Under the pieces are notes generated by a model. That model saw only the letters and a list, made by a program, of their open reading frames with translations, did no database searches and had not been told where the DNA came from. Below are positions 27,425-36,891 of a stretch of 64,000 nt of DNA, in pieces. The position numbers and the translations under genes were made by a program. This DNA comes from Patescibacteria group bacterium (GTDB lineage Bacteria; Patescibacteriota; Patescibacteriia; JAQUQO01): the NCBI GenBank assembly GCA_028716045.1, contig JAQUQO010000001.1:528897-592896 (forward strand), given 5' to 3'. How positions within the stretch are numbered: the first letter of the stretch is position 1; each line of letters starts with the position of its first letter.

Positions 27425-30109
27425 CTATTTTTTGTAAAGTCCTCTCCTGAGAAAAAAACTTTTGGTTAATTCTATCGCGAATAATTCCATTATACCAAGG
27501 CCGAGTAAAAATGTCCAGTCCAAACCGTCTAAAGGCATAGTGCGCAACAATAATTGTAATGGTTTCCAATAAACAGACAAAACCAGCGTCATCAAGCTGA
27601 ATAAAATGGAAAGATTGAGGATATTATTGGAAAAAAGATTGTTGCCCCAAAACGGCCGGCGGAAACTGCGGCAGGCCTGAATGTAAAACAGGGAATCAAT
27701 TGACAGCGCCGCAAAAAGAAAAGTGCGGATATGGTCCAGAGTGTATTCTTTGCCTAAAAAATAAAAAAACAAACCGAAAAGTACCAGGTCAGTAAAAATA
27801 CCGATGATAAAAATAAGGGCCTTCATTTCCGCGTCCATAATCGGCGCTTTTTTAGGATACGGTTTTTCTCGCATTACTTCTTTCTCGCTTGATTCAAAAG
27901 CCAGCGCGAAAGTGGGGAAACCGTCAGCGACCAAATTTACCCATAAAATTTGCGCCGGCAACAACGGCAAAGGCAAACCCAAAAGCAAACTGCCGCCAAT
28001 CAATATTATTTCCGTAAAACTGTCGGACATCAAATAAACAACGACTTTTTTTATATTGTCAAAAATGGCTCTCCCCTGTTCCACTGCCTTCACGATAGTC
28101 CTGAAATTATTATCTAATAAAACTAAATCCGCCGTTTCTTTGGTGATATCACTGCCCGACCCCACCGCCACTCCAATATCCGCCGATTTTATCGCCGGAG
28201 CGTCGTTGACGCCGTCGCCGGTCATAGCCACCACTTCTCCCTGTGATTGTAGGGCATCAACAATACGAATTTTATGTTTAGGAGTGACACGGGCAAAAAT
28301 ATAAATAGATTTTATTTTTTTACGCAGCTCCGCGTCACTCATTTGTTCAAGCTCCGGACCGTCTATAATATTCTCCGCTCTAACTTTCAGTCCCGCTTCT
28401 TCGGCAATGGCTTTGGCGGTTAAACGATGGTCGCCGGTTACCACTATAGTCCTGATGCCGGCCATTCGGGTAATTCTTAGTGTTTCGGGGACTTCTTTTC
28501 TAAGGGGGTCTTTAAGACCGATAAACCCGACTAAAACAATTTCTTGCACATCGTTTTCCGAAATTATTTTCACGTCTTTGCTTAATTCCTTATAACCAAC
28601 CGCCAAAAGTCGTAAGCCCCGGCTGGTCAATTTTTCATAATTATTTTTTAAAATTTTAAAACTTTGAAGGGTTAATCTTTCTTTTCTGCCATCAATTTGT
28701 AGAAATTCCGCCCGCTCCAAAACTTTCTCCGGAGCGCCCTTAATATAAAGCCAGTGGTGATGGCCGCCATCATGCAGAGTCACCATATATTTCTTTTCGG
28801 AATCAAAAGCAATTTCGTCCAGCCGTGGATTATTTTTTTCTAAATCTCTCTTATTAAGACCCGCCTCCACAGCGGCTAACAGCAAAGCGCTTTCCGTGGG
28901 GTCTCCAGAAATAACCCAATCGTCCAAAACGGCTTCGGGATTTTCAATAATGGCATTATTGCAAGCCAACCCGATATTTAGAGCAAAGATATGCGCGGCG
29001 CTATCTTTTATTGACTGCCAATCAAGCCCTTCCGTTTTTAGCCTGCCGCCAAGATAATCATTTAAAAGTTCTTTGCCGGTAAAAATTTCCGTTACCCCCA
29101 TTTTCCCCTCCGTCAGAGTCCCCGTCTTATCAGTACAAATAACCGTGGTGCTCCCCAAGGTTTCCGCCGCCAGTAAATTTCTGACTAAAGACCCTCGTTT
29201 GGAAATTCTTTGCATGCCAATAGCCAAGATTACCGTCACTGCCACAGCCAGACCTTCGGGCATAGCCGAAACGGCAATGGCCACTGCCATAGTAAACATT
29301 TCAAAAAATGACTTGCCAGCAAATGTTCCTAAAATTAAAATGAGAAAACAAATAACCCCCACCGCGCCGCCCATCCACTTGCTTAGTTTGAGAAGCCGCA
29401 ACTGCAACGGAGTTTTATCTTCCGGCGTTTCCCTGATTAAATAAGCCGTTTCCCCCAAAAAAGTGTCGGCGCCAATTTCTGTGACTACCGCCCGCGCCAT
29501 CCCCCGGGTTATCATCGTTCCCATAAAAACCATATTTTCACGGTCAGCCACAGCCAAATCACCGCTTAAAGTCCTGCTTGTCTTATCAACCGGCAAAGAT
29601 TCGCCGGTTAAACTGGCTTCATCAACTTGAAAATCCTTCAATTCTAGTATACGACCGTCAGCTGGTACCCGATCACCCGCTTTAAGAAAAACAATGTCCC
29701 CCGGCACAAGCTCTCCCACTTTAATCTGATGCTCCCAACCATTTCTTATCACCTTCACCCTGTATTCAATCAATTTTTTTAGATTAGTAAGGGCCCGGCT
29801 GGCCTTATTCTCCTCTATAAATCCGACGATGGTATTCACGCCAACGGTTAAAAGTATCACCGCCATATCAACGAACTTTTGGAGGGTTAAACTAATCGCC
29901 GCGGCAAGCAATAAAATATAAATCAAAGGATTTTTAAATTGCGAAAGAAAAATTTGCAAACTTGTTAATTTTTTTTCTTTGGGCAATTCGTTTTTGCCGA
30001 ATTTTTTTTGGCGCGCTAAGACCTCGACGACAGTCAAGCCCTTGGTTGAAGTTTTTAAATCTTTTAAAACTTGCTCAAGCGGCAAATTATGCCAATTTTT
30101 TCTAGTCAT
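27425..30109 (-). CDS. P-type cation-transporting ATPase (P2-like)
   Basis: LTGES, PEGL, DKTGTLT, KGAPE, TGDGVNDAPA. Confidence 0.95.
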   Translation of the reverse strand: MTRKNWHNLPLEQVLKDLKTSTKGLTVVEVLARQKKFGKNELPKEKKLTSLQIFLSQFKNPLIYILLLAAAISLTLQKFVDMAVILLTVGVNTIVGFIEENKASRALTNLKKLIEYRVKVIRNGWEHQIKVGELVPGDIVFLKAGDRVPADGRILELKDFQVDEASLTGESLPVDKTSRTLSGDLAVADRENMVFMGTMITRGMARAVVTEIGADTFLGETAYLIRETPEDKTPLQLRLLKLSKWMGGAVGVICFLILILGTFAGKSFFEMFTMAVAIAVSAMPEGLAVAVTVILAIGMQRISKRGSLVRNLLAAETLGSTTVICTDKTGTLTEGKMGVTEIFTGKELLNDYLGGRLKTEGLDWQSIKDSAAHIFALNIGLACNNAIIENPEAVLDDWVISGDPTESALLLAAVEAGLNKRDLEKNNPRLDEIAFDSEKKYMVTLHDGGHHHWLYIKGAPEKVLERAEFLQIDGRKERLTLQSFKILKNNYEKLTSRGLRLLAVGYKELSKDVKIISENDVQEIVLVGFIGLKDPLRKEVPETLRITRMAGIRTIVVTGDHRLTAKAIAEEAGLKVRAENIIDGPELEQMSDAELRKKIKSIYIFARVTPKHKIRIVDALQSQGEVVAMTGDGVNDAPAIKSADIGVAVGSGSDITKETADLVLLDNNFRTIVKAVEQGRAIFDNIKKVVVYLMSDSFTEIILIGGSLLLGLPLPLLPAQILWVNLVADGFPTFALAFESSEKEVMREKPYPKKAPIMDAEMKALIFIIGIFTDLVLFGLFFYFLGKEYTLDHIRTFLFAALSIDSLFYIQACRSFRRPFWGNNLFSNNILNLSILFSLMTLVLSVYWKPLQLLLRTMPLDGLDWTFLLGLGIMELFAIELTKSFFLRRGLYKK

Positions 30110-30115
30110 AACAAA

Positions 30116-31000
30116 TTAAAAAATGAAGAAAGAGATAAAGAACCCGGCAATTCCCAAAAGAGCAATCGGCGGGAGAGCCGGAATGGGGGTTGGTTTTTGC
30201 GGACGGACAAAAATAAAATGAGTTATAATTACTCCGACAAACGAAAAAAGAGAAACTATCAAGGCGTTTAAAATGTTAAAGTTAGCCGCGGCCGCCGCCA
30301 AAATTAAAGGTAGGGCAAAATCTCCCCCGCCCATAATCACAAAATCTTGCCCGACCTTAATCTCCGACAGGTCGGCTTTCCATTTTAATATTTTCTCGGG
30401 AATGATAAGGGCGATAATGACTCCGCGTTCCATCAACCCTTTGGCCATAGCCACCATATGCTTAGTTCCGTAAACAGCCACTACGTCATAAACGGATAAA
30501 ATAAACAAAATGAGAACGGCTGTCCAGGGGTTAAGGGAATTGCCGAAACTGCCGCCAATCCCCGACAAGACCAAAACCATAATTAAATTATGAAGCCAAA
30601 TTTTCTGATAAAATTTCCTGATCACCAAAAGTAGAATGGCTGCCATAACCGAAAGGAAATTATTGAGCCAAAAGCTTAAAACAATTTCTAAACCGCCCCA
30701 AAGAGCTAAAACATAAAAAAACATTAAAATTCTTTTCCCTCCCCTGAACTTTAAAAGAAACAAGATTGCCAACGTGGCCAGCAAAAAATAGATTAACGCC
30801 CCCGACCAACTTAATTCTTCCACCGCGACGGTGCCGGCAACTGTCATTAAATTCAAACGCCAGGAAAAATAGATGCCTAAAGAAAAAACTAATAAAAACA
30901 ATAATAGCTCTTCCGCGAGCAACACAATTTTATATTTTATTAAAAAATCCCTCAATTTGCCCATGCCTAAATAAAAATGATTATTCTTTAAGTTTACCAT
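30116..31000 (-). CDS. Presenilin-like (A22) intramembrane aspartyl protease
   Basis: Multi-TM; YD (SVYDVVAVYGTKHM), GxGD (MGGGDF) and PALP motifs. Confidence 0.85.
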   Translation of the reverse strand: MVNLKNNHFYLGMGKLRDFLIKYKIVLLAEELLLFLLVFSLGIYFSWRLNLMTVAGTVAVEELSWSGALIYFLLATLAILFLLKFRGGKRILMFFYVLALWGGLEIVLSFWLNNFLSVMAAILLLVIRKFYQKIWLHNLIMVLVLSGIGGSFGNSLNPWTAVLILFILSVYDVVAVYGTKHMVAMAKGLMERGVIIALIIPEKILKWKADLSEIKVGQDFVIMGGGDFALPLILAAAAANFNILNALIVSLFSFVGVIITHFIFVRPQKPTPIPALPPIALLGIAGFFISFFIF

Positions 31001-31126
31001 AAAAACAACTTGACCCCGAAATTGTCCCCGTTTGGACGGGGACGCAACGGGGCAGGACGAGGATTTTTGAGTAACTTAAAATAATCAGCACACTCCTCCG
31101 GTAAGCGCTATGGCGCCTCAAAAAAC

Positions 31127-31155
31127 TTGACAAAAATGCCCTAAAATGCTATAAT
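31127..31155 (+). promoter_or_regulatory. Consensus sigma70 promoter
   Basis: TTGACA-17bp-TATAAT with extended TG. Confidence 0.88.
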
Positions 31156-31181
31156 AAACAAGTAAATAATAATACAAAATT

Positions 31182-31253
31182 ATGTACTGCGAACCATGCC
31201 CAGATTGCGGCAAAGATCCTTGCGAATGCGAGGAATGTGGCTGCAAAAAATAA
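31182..31253 (+). CDS. 23-aa Cys-rich peptide, metallothionein-like
   Basis: MYCEPCPDCGKDPCECEECGCKK*, 7 Cys; only ORF between a perfect promoter and a terminator. Confidence 0.7.
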   Translation: MYCEPCPDCGKDPCECEECGCKK

Positions 31254-31260
31254 TATATCT

Positions 31261-31292
31261 AAAACAGTCCCGAACACTCGGGACTGTTTTTT
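31261..31292. terminator. Bidirectional terminator
   Basis: AAAACAGTCCCGA-ACAC-TCGGGACTGTTTTTT. Confidence 0.85.
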
Positions 31293-31310
31293 ATTACAAA
31301 AAATATGCTC

Positions 31311-32369
31311 TTAAATTATTCTGATTATTTCTTCGCTAATCTTCTCCGCCGCGTTAGTGGGGATAATTTTTTTTATATTCTCACTTAAACTCTCCAGCCC
31401 CTTTTTGTCTTGAAGCAGTTCTCTAATTTGAGATACAAAACTGGAAACCCCCAAACCGTCTTGCTCTAATAAAATCGCCCCTCCGTTAGCGGAAAAAACT
31501 TTAGCATTGGCTTCTTGATGGGAGTCAGGTATGGGGATAATCACGGCCGGTTTGCCCAAGCGGGATAACTCGGTCAGGGTTCCCATACCCGCCCGCGTGA
31601 CCACTAAGTCGGCAACGACGTAGGCCTCAGCCATTTCGCCGGTTAAAAATTCGTAGGCGTGATAATTTTCAAACTCTCCGGCTTGGATTCTCTTGCCTTT
31701 GCCGGTGAGATGGATAACCTGACAAAATTTAATTAATTCCGGGAGCGCTTCCAGAACCAAGTGATTAACCGCCAGCGCGCCGGTACCGCCGCCCAAAATC
31801 AGAAGCGTGGGCAAATCGCTTTTCAGACCGAAAAAATGTACTCCTCTGTTTCTATCGCCCTGTAAAATTTCCTCCCTCACTGGATTACCCACCACCACCG
31901 TTTTTTTCTGCTTAAACTTTTCCGCCGATTGCGGCAGGGCTAAGGTAATTTTTTTGGCAACCGGAGACATTAATTTATTGGCTAACCCCGGGATAACATC
32001 TTGCTGATGGATTAAAGAAGGTACGCCTAAAAACCATCCCGCCCAAACCACCGGCACGGAAACAAAACCGCCGGCCGATAAAATTACCCCCGGCTTTTCG
32101 CGGGAGATTATCTCAAGCGATTCAAAAAATCCCGCAAAAATAAAAAAAATGTCCGCGATATTTTGTAAACTAAAATAGCGGCGCCATTTACCGCAATCAA
32201 TGGTTAAAAATTTTACATTTTCTTTCAAAATAAGCTCTTTCTCGGGTCCATGTTTCGTGCCAATCCAAATAAATTCCGACTGGGGAAATTTTTCTCTAAA
32301 TTTTTTTACTACGGCCAAAAGCGGAGTCGCCGAACCGGCCGTCCCCCCTCCGGTTAACATTATTTTCAT
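31311..32369 (-). CDS. murG: Lipid I N-acetylglucosaminyltransferase
   Basis: TGGGTAG, GGFVSVP, HQQDVIPGLANK, GNPVR, RAGMGT, HQEANA. Confidence 0.95.
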   Translation of the reverse strand: MKIMLTGGGTAGSATPLLAVVKKFREKFPQSEFIWIGTKHGPEKELILKENVKFLTIDCGKWRRYFSLQNIADIFFIFAGFFESLEIISREKPGVILSAGGFVSVPVVWAGWFLGVPSLIHQQDVIPGLANKLMSPVAKKITLALPQSAEKFKQKKTVVVGNPVREEILQGDRNRGVHFFGLKSDLPTLLILGGGTGALAVNHLVLEALPELIKFCQVIHLTGKGKRIQAGEFENYHAYEFLTGEMAEAYVVADLVVTRAGMGTLTELSRLGKPAVIIPIPDSHQEANAKVFSANGGAILLEQDGLGVSSFVSQIRELLQDKKGLESLSENIKKIIPTNAAEKISEEIIRII

Positions 32370-32446
32370 AGATGTAAAAAAATTAAATTATTGGAATTAT
32401 TATATCTATATTTACTGTAGTCGGTAGACAATAAGCGGTAATCGGC

Positions 32447-33544
32447 TTATTTCGCTTGCGAAGATATATTAACTAAAATTCCGGCGGCGGCCAAAGAAAC
32501 AACCATCGAAGAACTGCCGTAGGAAATAAAGGGCAACGGCACGCCGGTCATAGGCATAATTCCTATCATGGAAGCGATATTAACAAATGCCTGCCCGACA
32601 ATCCAAACTACAATACCCACGGCCACTATGCGGCCGAATAAATCGGGGGCGTTTTGGGCGACTTTAAAGCCGCGATACATAAAAAATAAAAAAGCGCCGA
32701 CCAGCAGAGCGGCAAAAATAAACCCCAACTCTTCGGCAATAACGGCAAAGATGGAATCCGTGGTGACTTCCGGCAGATACTGGAACTTCTGGCGCGACTG
32801 GCCGAACCCTCGGCCCCAAAAACCGCCGGAGCCAATCGCTAAAAACGCTTGATTGATATGGTAGCCGATTCCTTGCGGGTCAAGTTCGGGATTCAAAAAA
32901 ACCATAAAACGGCTGGCGCGATAAGGCGCTATTTTAACGAGCAACCAAAGGACAACGACGCCAATGCCGCTTAAAAGTATGACATGAGACCAAGCCGCTC
33001 CGGCCAAAAAATAAACCGCCAAAGAATATAAAACAATAATGGACATAGTGCCAACATCCGGCTGTAAAATCATCAAAACCATTATTATGCCAAGTAAGAA
33101 AAAAAATGGCATAAAACCATAAGAAAAATCCGCCAGGCCGCGGCTACTGCGAGATTCTAACCACGTTGCTAAATATAAAAGAAAGGTTAGCTTGACTAAC
33201 TCCGACGGCTGGAAGCTGAATGTCCCCAAAAAAATCCATCGGCTGGCGCCTTTGATTTCCCTGCCAATACCTGGCAAAAAAACCGCGACCAGCAAAACTA
33301 TAGTTATGACTAAAAGCGGAAAGGCAATTTTTTTCCAAAAATGATAATCAATTTTACTAAAAATTATAAAAGCGGCGGTACCGAATAGAAAGCCAAATAG
33401 CAACTGATGTTTAAATAAAAAATAGCTGTCGCCGTAATTCAAATACGACAAGGCCGAACTGGCGGAAGACAGCATCGCTAAACCAAAAGCAACTATCCCA
33501 AAAATAGTGGCGATTAAAATATAATCCGGTCTGCGTTCTCTCAT
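32447..33544 (-). CDS. ftsW: SEDS peptidoglycan polymerase FtsW
   Basis: GASRWI, FQPSELVK, QPDVGT, GQSRQKFQYLPE, TGVPLPFISYG; adjacent to murG. Confidence 0.93.
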   Translation of the reverse strand: MRERRPDYILIATIFGIVAFGLAMLSSASSALSYLNYGDSYFLFKHQLLFGFLFGTAAFIIFSKIDYHFWKKIAFPLLVITIVLLVAVFLPGIGREIKGASRWIFLGTFSFQPSELVKLTFLLYLATWLESRSSRGLADFSYGFMPFFFLLGIIMVLMILQPDVGTMSIIVLYSLAVYFLAGAAWSHVILLSGIGVVVLWLLVKIAPYRASRFMVFLNPELDPQGIGYHINQAFLAIGSGGFWGRGFGQSRQKFQYLPEVTTDSIFAVIAEELGFIFAALLVGAFLFFMYRGFKVAQNAPDLFGRIVAVGIVVWIVGQAFVNIASMIGIMPMTGVPLPFISYGSSSMVVSLAAAGILVNISSQAK

Positions 33545-33561
33545 ATTTTTTTATAATATCA

Positions 33562-33610
33562 TAAAAACACGGAACACGAAATATGAATGTAAAACACGTA
33601 CTATGGAACA
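33562..33610. repeat. Degenerate heptamer array, inverted partner at 34715-34737
   Basis: AAACACG GAACACG AAATATG..GAACATG versus CGTGTTC CATGTTA TATGTTA. Confidence 0.5.
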
Positions 33611-33686
33611 TGGGTATAAAAATAAAACCCCGCTTTGTTTCGCTAAAGCGGGGCGGTTGTGACCCAAGTATCAAGGAACTAAATAT

Positions 33687-34475
33687 CTATAAAACTATTA
33701 AGAAACGGAAACCAACGTGACCGTAATGGTCGTCGTGCCAACGCTCGCGCACCCCCGCCAGCCCCCCATCATCACAATCACCTGTTATGAGATGGTGCTC
33801 CGAGGAAATATTTGCACACCACTCCCAATACTCAGGTTTGCCCAGGTCAGGCAACTGCTCCCGATGGTTCTCTCGTAACCAGTTAAACATATTGCCAAGA
33901 AAATTCCACTCTTCGACCGTTGGCAAGCATACATGATTTTTCGGAAAGCCAGTGATTTTGGCGGCCCTGGCGAGAAGACCAGTGTCATTATAAAAATCAC
34001 TATCATATTCCACAGAGAAACGGCTTTTGAGCTTAAGCTTTACTCTAAGGAGATCATTTGAGTAATCATCTCGATCGATGGTTTCAATTGCCACCCATCG
34101 TCCCAAGAGCGGCTTGCGCTCAGTATCATCTGCGTCGAGGCCACGGTTTCCCCATTCGGGTTTTATAAAATCCGAGGGGTATTCATCCTCACTGACTGCT
34201 GGGATAAAGAAAGATCGGAAACCGAACTTGACCAGTGACTTCATCTGCTGCGGGGTGAGTTTAGGCACCAGCGGAACCTTACAAGAGATTTCTATTTCAT
34301 TGTAAACGTCCTGCATCCAAACCCGAAGGTTGTCCCTGGGGACGACGAGACCGAATGGTGTCTCGCGCCAACGCGTAGGGTCCTCGAGGAACGCGTTAAG
34401 ATCCTCAGAAAAAATCTGGCCTGCAGCCGCACGCTCAATAAGCTGTCTGATCTGTCCTGTTGTAATAGAATCCAT
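33687..34475 (-). CDS. Orphan protein with a C-type-lectin-like C-terminus; candidate DGR target
   Basis: SD GAGGAG before ATG 34475; LPTVEEW, WEWC, GGLAGV...W....VGFRFLIVL*; own promoter (TTGACA 34628-34633) and hairpin 33623-33656. Confidence 0.65.
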   Translation of the reverse strand: MDSITTGQIRQLIERAAAGQIFSEDLNAFLEDPTRWRETPFGLVVPRDNLRVWMQDVYNEIEISCKVPLVPKLTPQQMKSLVKFGFRSFFIPAVSEDEYPSDFIKPEWGNRGLDADDTERKPLLGRWVAIETIDRDDYSNDLLRVKLKLKSRFSVEYDSDFYNDTGLLARAAKITGFPKNHVCLPTVEEWNFLGNMFNWLRENHREQLPDLGKPEYWEWCANISSEHHLITGDCDDGGLAGVRERWHDDHYGHVGFRFLIVL

Positions 34476-34735
34476 CTTCTCCTCCTCGCCCATTGGCACA
34501 AGCCGCGGCAACTCCCTTGGAGTCGATGCGACCATTCACCTTTAGGCAATTTGATTTACTCCTGTCTTCCGGACAGACACGGTTTCCCATTCTTCGGGAT
34601 GTTCTATTATCCCATAAGTTTAAAAAATGTCAATAGCCCATACGGTTTATATTGGGTCACCACACGCGTAACATAAAAATACGTAAATAAAAACTGCCAA
34701 AAGCGGTTTCTTATCCTCGTGTTCCATGTTATATG

Positions 34736-35788
34736 TTAGGTGATTCCTTTATCTATCAAGGCAATAATCAACCCCATTACCGCCGTCACGCCGGCAATAA
34801 TCCAGGTACGCATCACGATTTTGGGTTCCGGCCAGCCGATAGCTTCAAAATGATGGTGGAGCGGCGTGGAAAGAAATATCTTTTTATGCCTGATTTTTTT
34901 AGATAAAATCTGAACAATCACGGAAAGGGATTCCAGGGCAAAAATAAAACCAATGACCGGCAAAAGCAAAATGGAATTAGTTAAAATGGCGAGAATGCCC
35001 AAGGTGACACCCAAAGACATCGCGCCCGTATCACCCATAAAAAACCTGGCTGGATTAATGTTAAACCACAGAAAAGCGAGCAGGGCGCCGATAATCACCC
35101 CGCAAAAAGCCGTTAAATCATACTTTCCCTGCGTAAAGGCAATAGCCCCAAAAGCCGCGAAAGAAGCCAGCAACGTCCCTCCGGCCAAACCGTCCAGCCC
35201 ATCGGCTTCATTAACTGAAAAAGAAGTAGCTACCACTACAAAAATATAAAGCGGTATGGCCCAAAGGCCTATGCTGAAAACTCCGAGAAAAGGAACTCGC
35301 ACCACATCCCAATCCAATTTAAAATAAAACCACCAGGTGGCGACCATGGCAATGGCGGTATAAATAATCAAACGATGGCGCATCCTTAACCCTCCGCCAT
35401 TCGGGCCAATGCCCCGGACATTAAGCCAATCATCAATAAAACCGACCAGCGCTGAAGCCACCAGCGCGCCGAGCGGCAAAAGGGTCTGGGGACGAGTGAG
35501 AAAATTAAGCTGTTTTAAAATTTCACTATCAAAATAAGAAGATAAATAGAAAAAAACTAAAGCTAAAACAAGAGTGGTTATCCAAATCAAGAGCCCGCCC
35601 ATGGTGGGCGTTCCCGATTTCCCCCGATGCATTTTGGAAAAAATCGGAGCAGATTTCTCATCGCGGATTTTTTTCCCCAATTTATATTTATATAAAAAGT
35701 GAGTCAGGGCCGGAGTCCAAAGTATGGTGACAATAAAAGACAGGGTGGTTAAGATAAAAATTTTTATAACAGGAAAATAAGCTGTCAT
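34736..35788 (-). CDS. mraY: Phospho-N-acetylmuramoyl-pentapeptide transferase
   Basis: KSGTPTMGG, GFIDD, DGLDGLA, FMGDTG, PLHHHFE. Confidence 0.96.
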   Translation of the reverse strand: MTAYFPVIKIFILTTLSFIVTILWTPALTHFLYKYKLGKKIRDEKSAPIFSKMHRGKSGTPTMGGLLIWITTLVLALVFFYLSSYFDSEILKQLNFLTRPQTLLPLGALVASALVGFIDDWLNVRGIGPNGGGLRMRHRLIIYTAIAMVATWWFYFKLDWDVVRVPFLGVFSIGLWAIPLYIFVVVATSFSVNEADGLDGLAGGTLLASFAAFGAIAFTQGKYDLTAFCGVIIGALLAFLWFNINPARFFMGDTGAMSLGVTLGILAILTNSILLLPVIGFIFALESLSVIVQILSKKIRHKKIFLSTPLHHHFEAIGWPEPKIVMRTWIIAGVTAVMGLIIALIDKGIT

Positions 35789-35803
35789 GTTAAATTAATT
35801 AAA

Positions 35804-36184
35804 TTATTGAATGGAAAGGATAAGCAGTCCCGCCCCTAAAATTATCAATCCAACCAAGCAAGAAACAATAACCAACGAATGGCTTAAAAATTTCTCTTTT
35901 TTATAGATAAAATAAGCGAGAAAAAAATTAACCAGCAAAATAAAAAATGCGGTCAGGGGGAAAAGAAAAATTTCGTACCACCGTCCGATGCGGTCAATGC
36001 CAAAATAAATATTATAATGCAAGGGAACGCTTTCCCCGCCGCGGGGCATTTTAAAATAGAGCCACGCCCAAAAAAAGATATTGAAAACTATCCCCAGTGA
36101 TGTCGCTACCCAGATTATTCTGTCTCTTATAAAAAAAGAAAAAGAGACGATGAATTTACTATCAAATAATTTTGCTAAAAACAT
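35804..36184 (-). CDS. Small membrane protein (DUF1648-like)
   Basis: VPLHYNIYFGIDRIG motif, 3 TM helices. Confidence 0.65.
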   Translation of the reverse strand: MFLAKLFDSKFIVSFSFFIRDRIIWVATSLGIVFNIFFWAWLYFKMPRGGESVPLHYNIYFGIDRIGRWYEIFLFPLTAFFILLVNFFLAYFIYKKEKFLSHSLVIVSCLVGLIILGAGLLILSIQ

Positions 36185-36188
36185 AAAA

Positions 36189-36419
36189 TTATACTTGAAT
36201 TACTTCTTTAACTTCCGGCACTTCTTTTTTAAGATATTTTTCTACGTGGTTCTTCAGAGTAACGGTGGCCAAAGGACAACCTTGGCAGGCGCCGATTAAT
36301 TTAACCTTAACAACGCCGGTTTTTTTATCAAAACTGACAAATTCAATATCGCCTCCGTCAGCTTCCAAAGTCGGGCGGAGGACATTAAGGGCTTCTAGAA
36401 TTTTTACTTTTGTATCCAT
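36189..36419 (-). CDS. NifU/Nfu-domain protein
   Basis: LRPTLEADGGDIE, GACQGCP. Confidence 0.9.
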   Translation of the reverse strand: MDTKVKILEALNVLRPTLEADGGDIEFVSFDKKTGVVKVKLIGACQGCPLATVTLKNHVEKYLKKEVPEVKEVIQV

Positions 36420-36485
36420 ATTATTATTAAATAATAACGGGAAAACAACAAAAAGTCAAACCTAACCGCGATTTTCCTTATAATA

Positions 36486-36514
36486 TTGACAGTTTTTTAG
36501 AGTTTTGTTATACT
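36486..36514 (+). promoter_or_regulatory. rpmA promoter
   Basis: TTGACA-17bp-TATACT. Confidence 0.8.
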
Positions 36515-36555
36515 AAAAACACTGATACTTAATTTATTTTAAATTAACCAACAAT

Positions 36556-36840
36556 ATGTCACATAAGAAAGCGGGCGGCAGTACAGCGTTAGGCCGCGAT
36601 TCAGTAGCTAAAAGGTTAGGCGTCAAATTGTACGAAGGCCAGCATGCCAAAGCCGGAAGTATTTTAGTCAGACAACGCGGCACTAAAATCCATCCCGGGC
36701 AGAATGTCAAAAAAGGCGGAGACGACACTTTGTATGCCGCTATCTCCGGATTTGTTAAATTTACCCGCAAACAGGTTCATCGTTTTGACGGGAATTTGAG
36801 CTTGCGCAAATTCATCCACGTTTTGCCGGTAAAAAAATAA
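36556..36840 (+). CDS. rpmA: 50S ribosomal protein L27
   Basis: [29 protein letters not shown]. Confidence 0.97.
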   Translation: MSHKKAGGSTALGRDSVAKRLGVKLYEGQHAKAGSILVRQRGTKIHPGQNVKKGGDDTLYAAISGFVKFTRKQVHRFDGNLSLRKFIHVLPVKK

Positions 36841-36846
36841 TATCTT

Positions 36847-36890
36847 AAATAAAAAATCGTTCCGATTACTCGGGACGGTTTTTTTATTTA
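36847..36890. terminator. Bidirectional terminator
   Basis: AAAAAATCGTTCCGA-TTAC-TCGGGACGGTTTTTT. Confidence 0.8.
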
Positions 36891-36891
36891 G

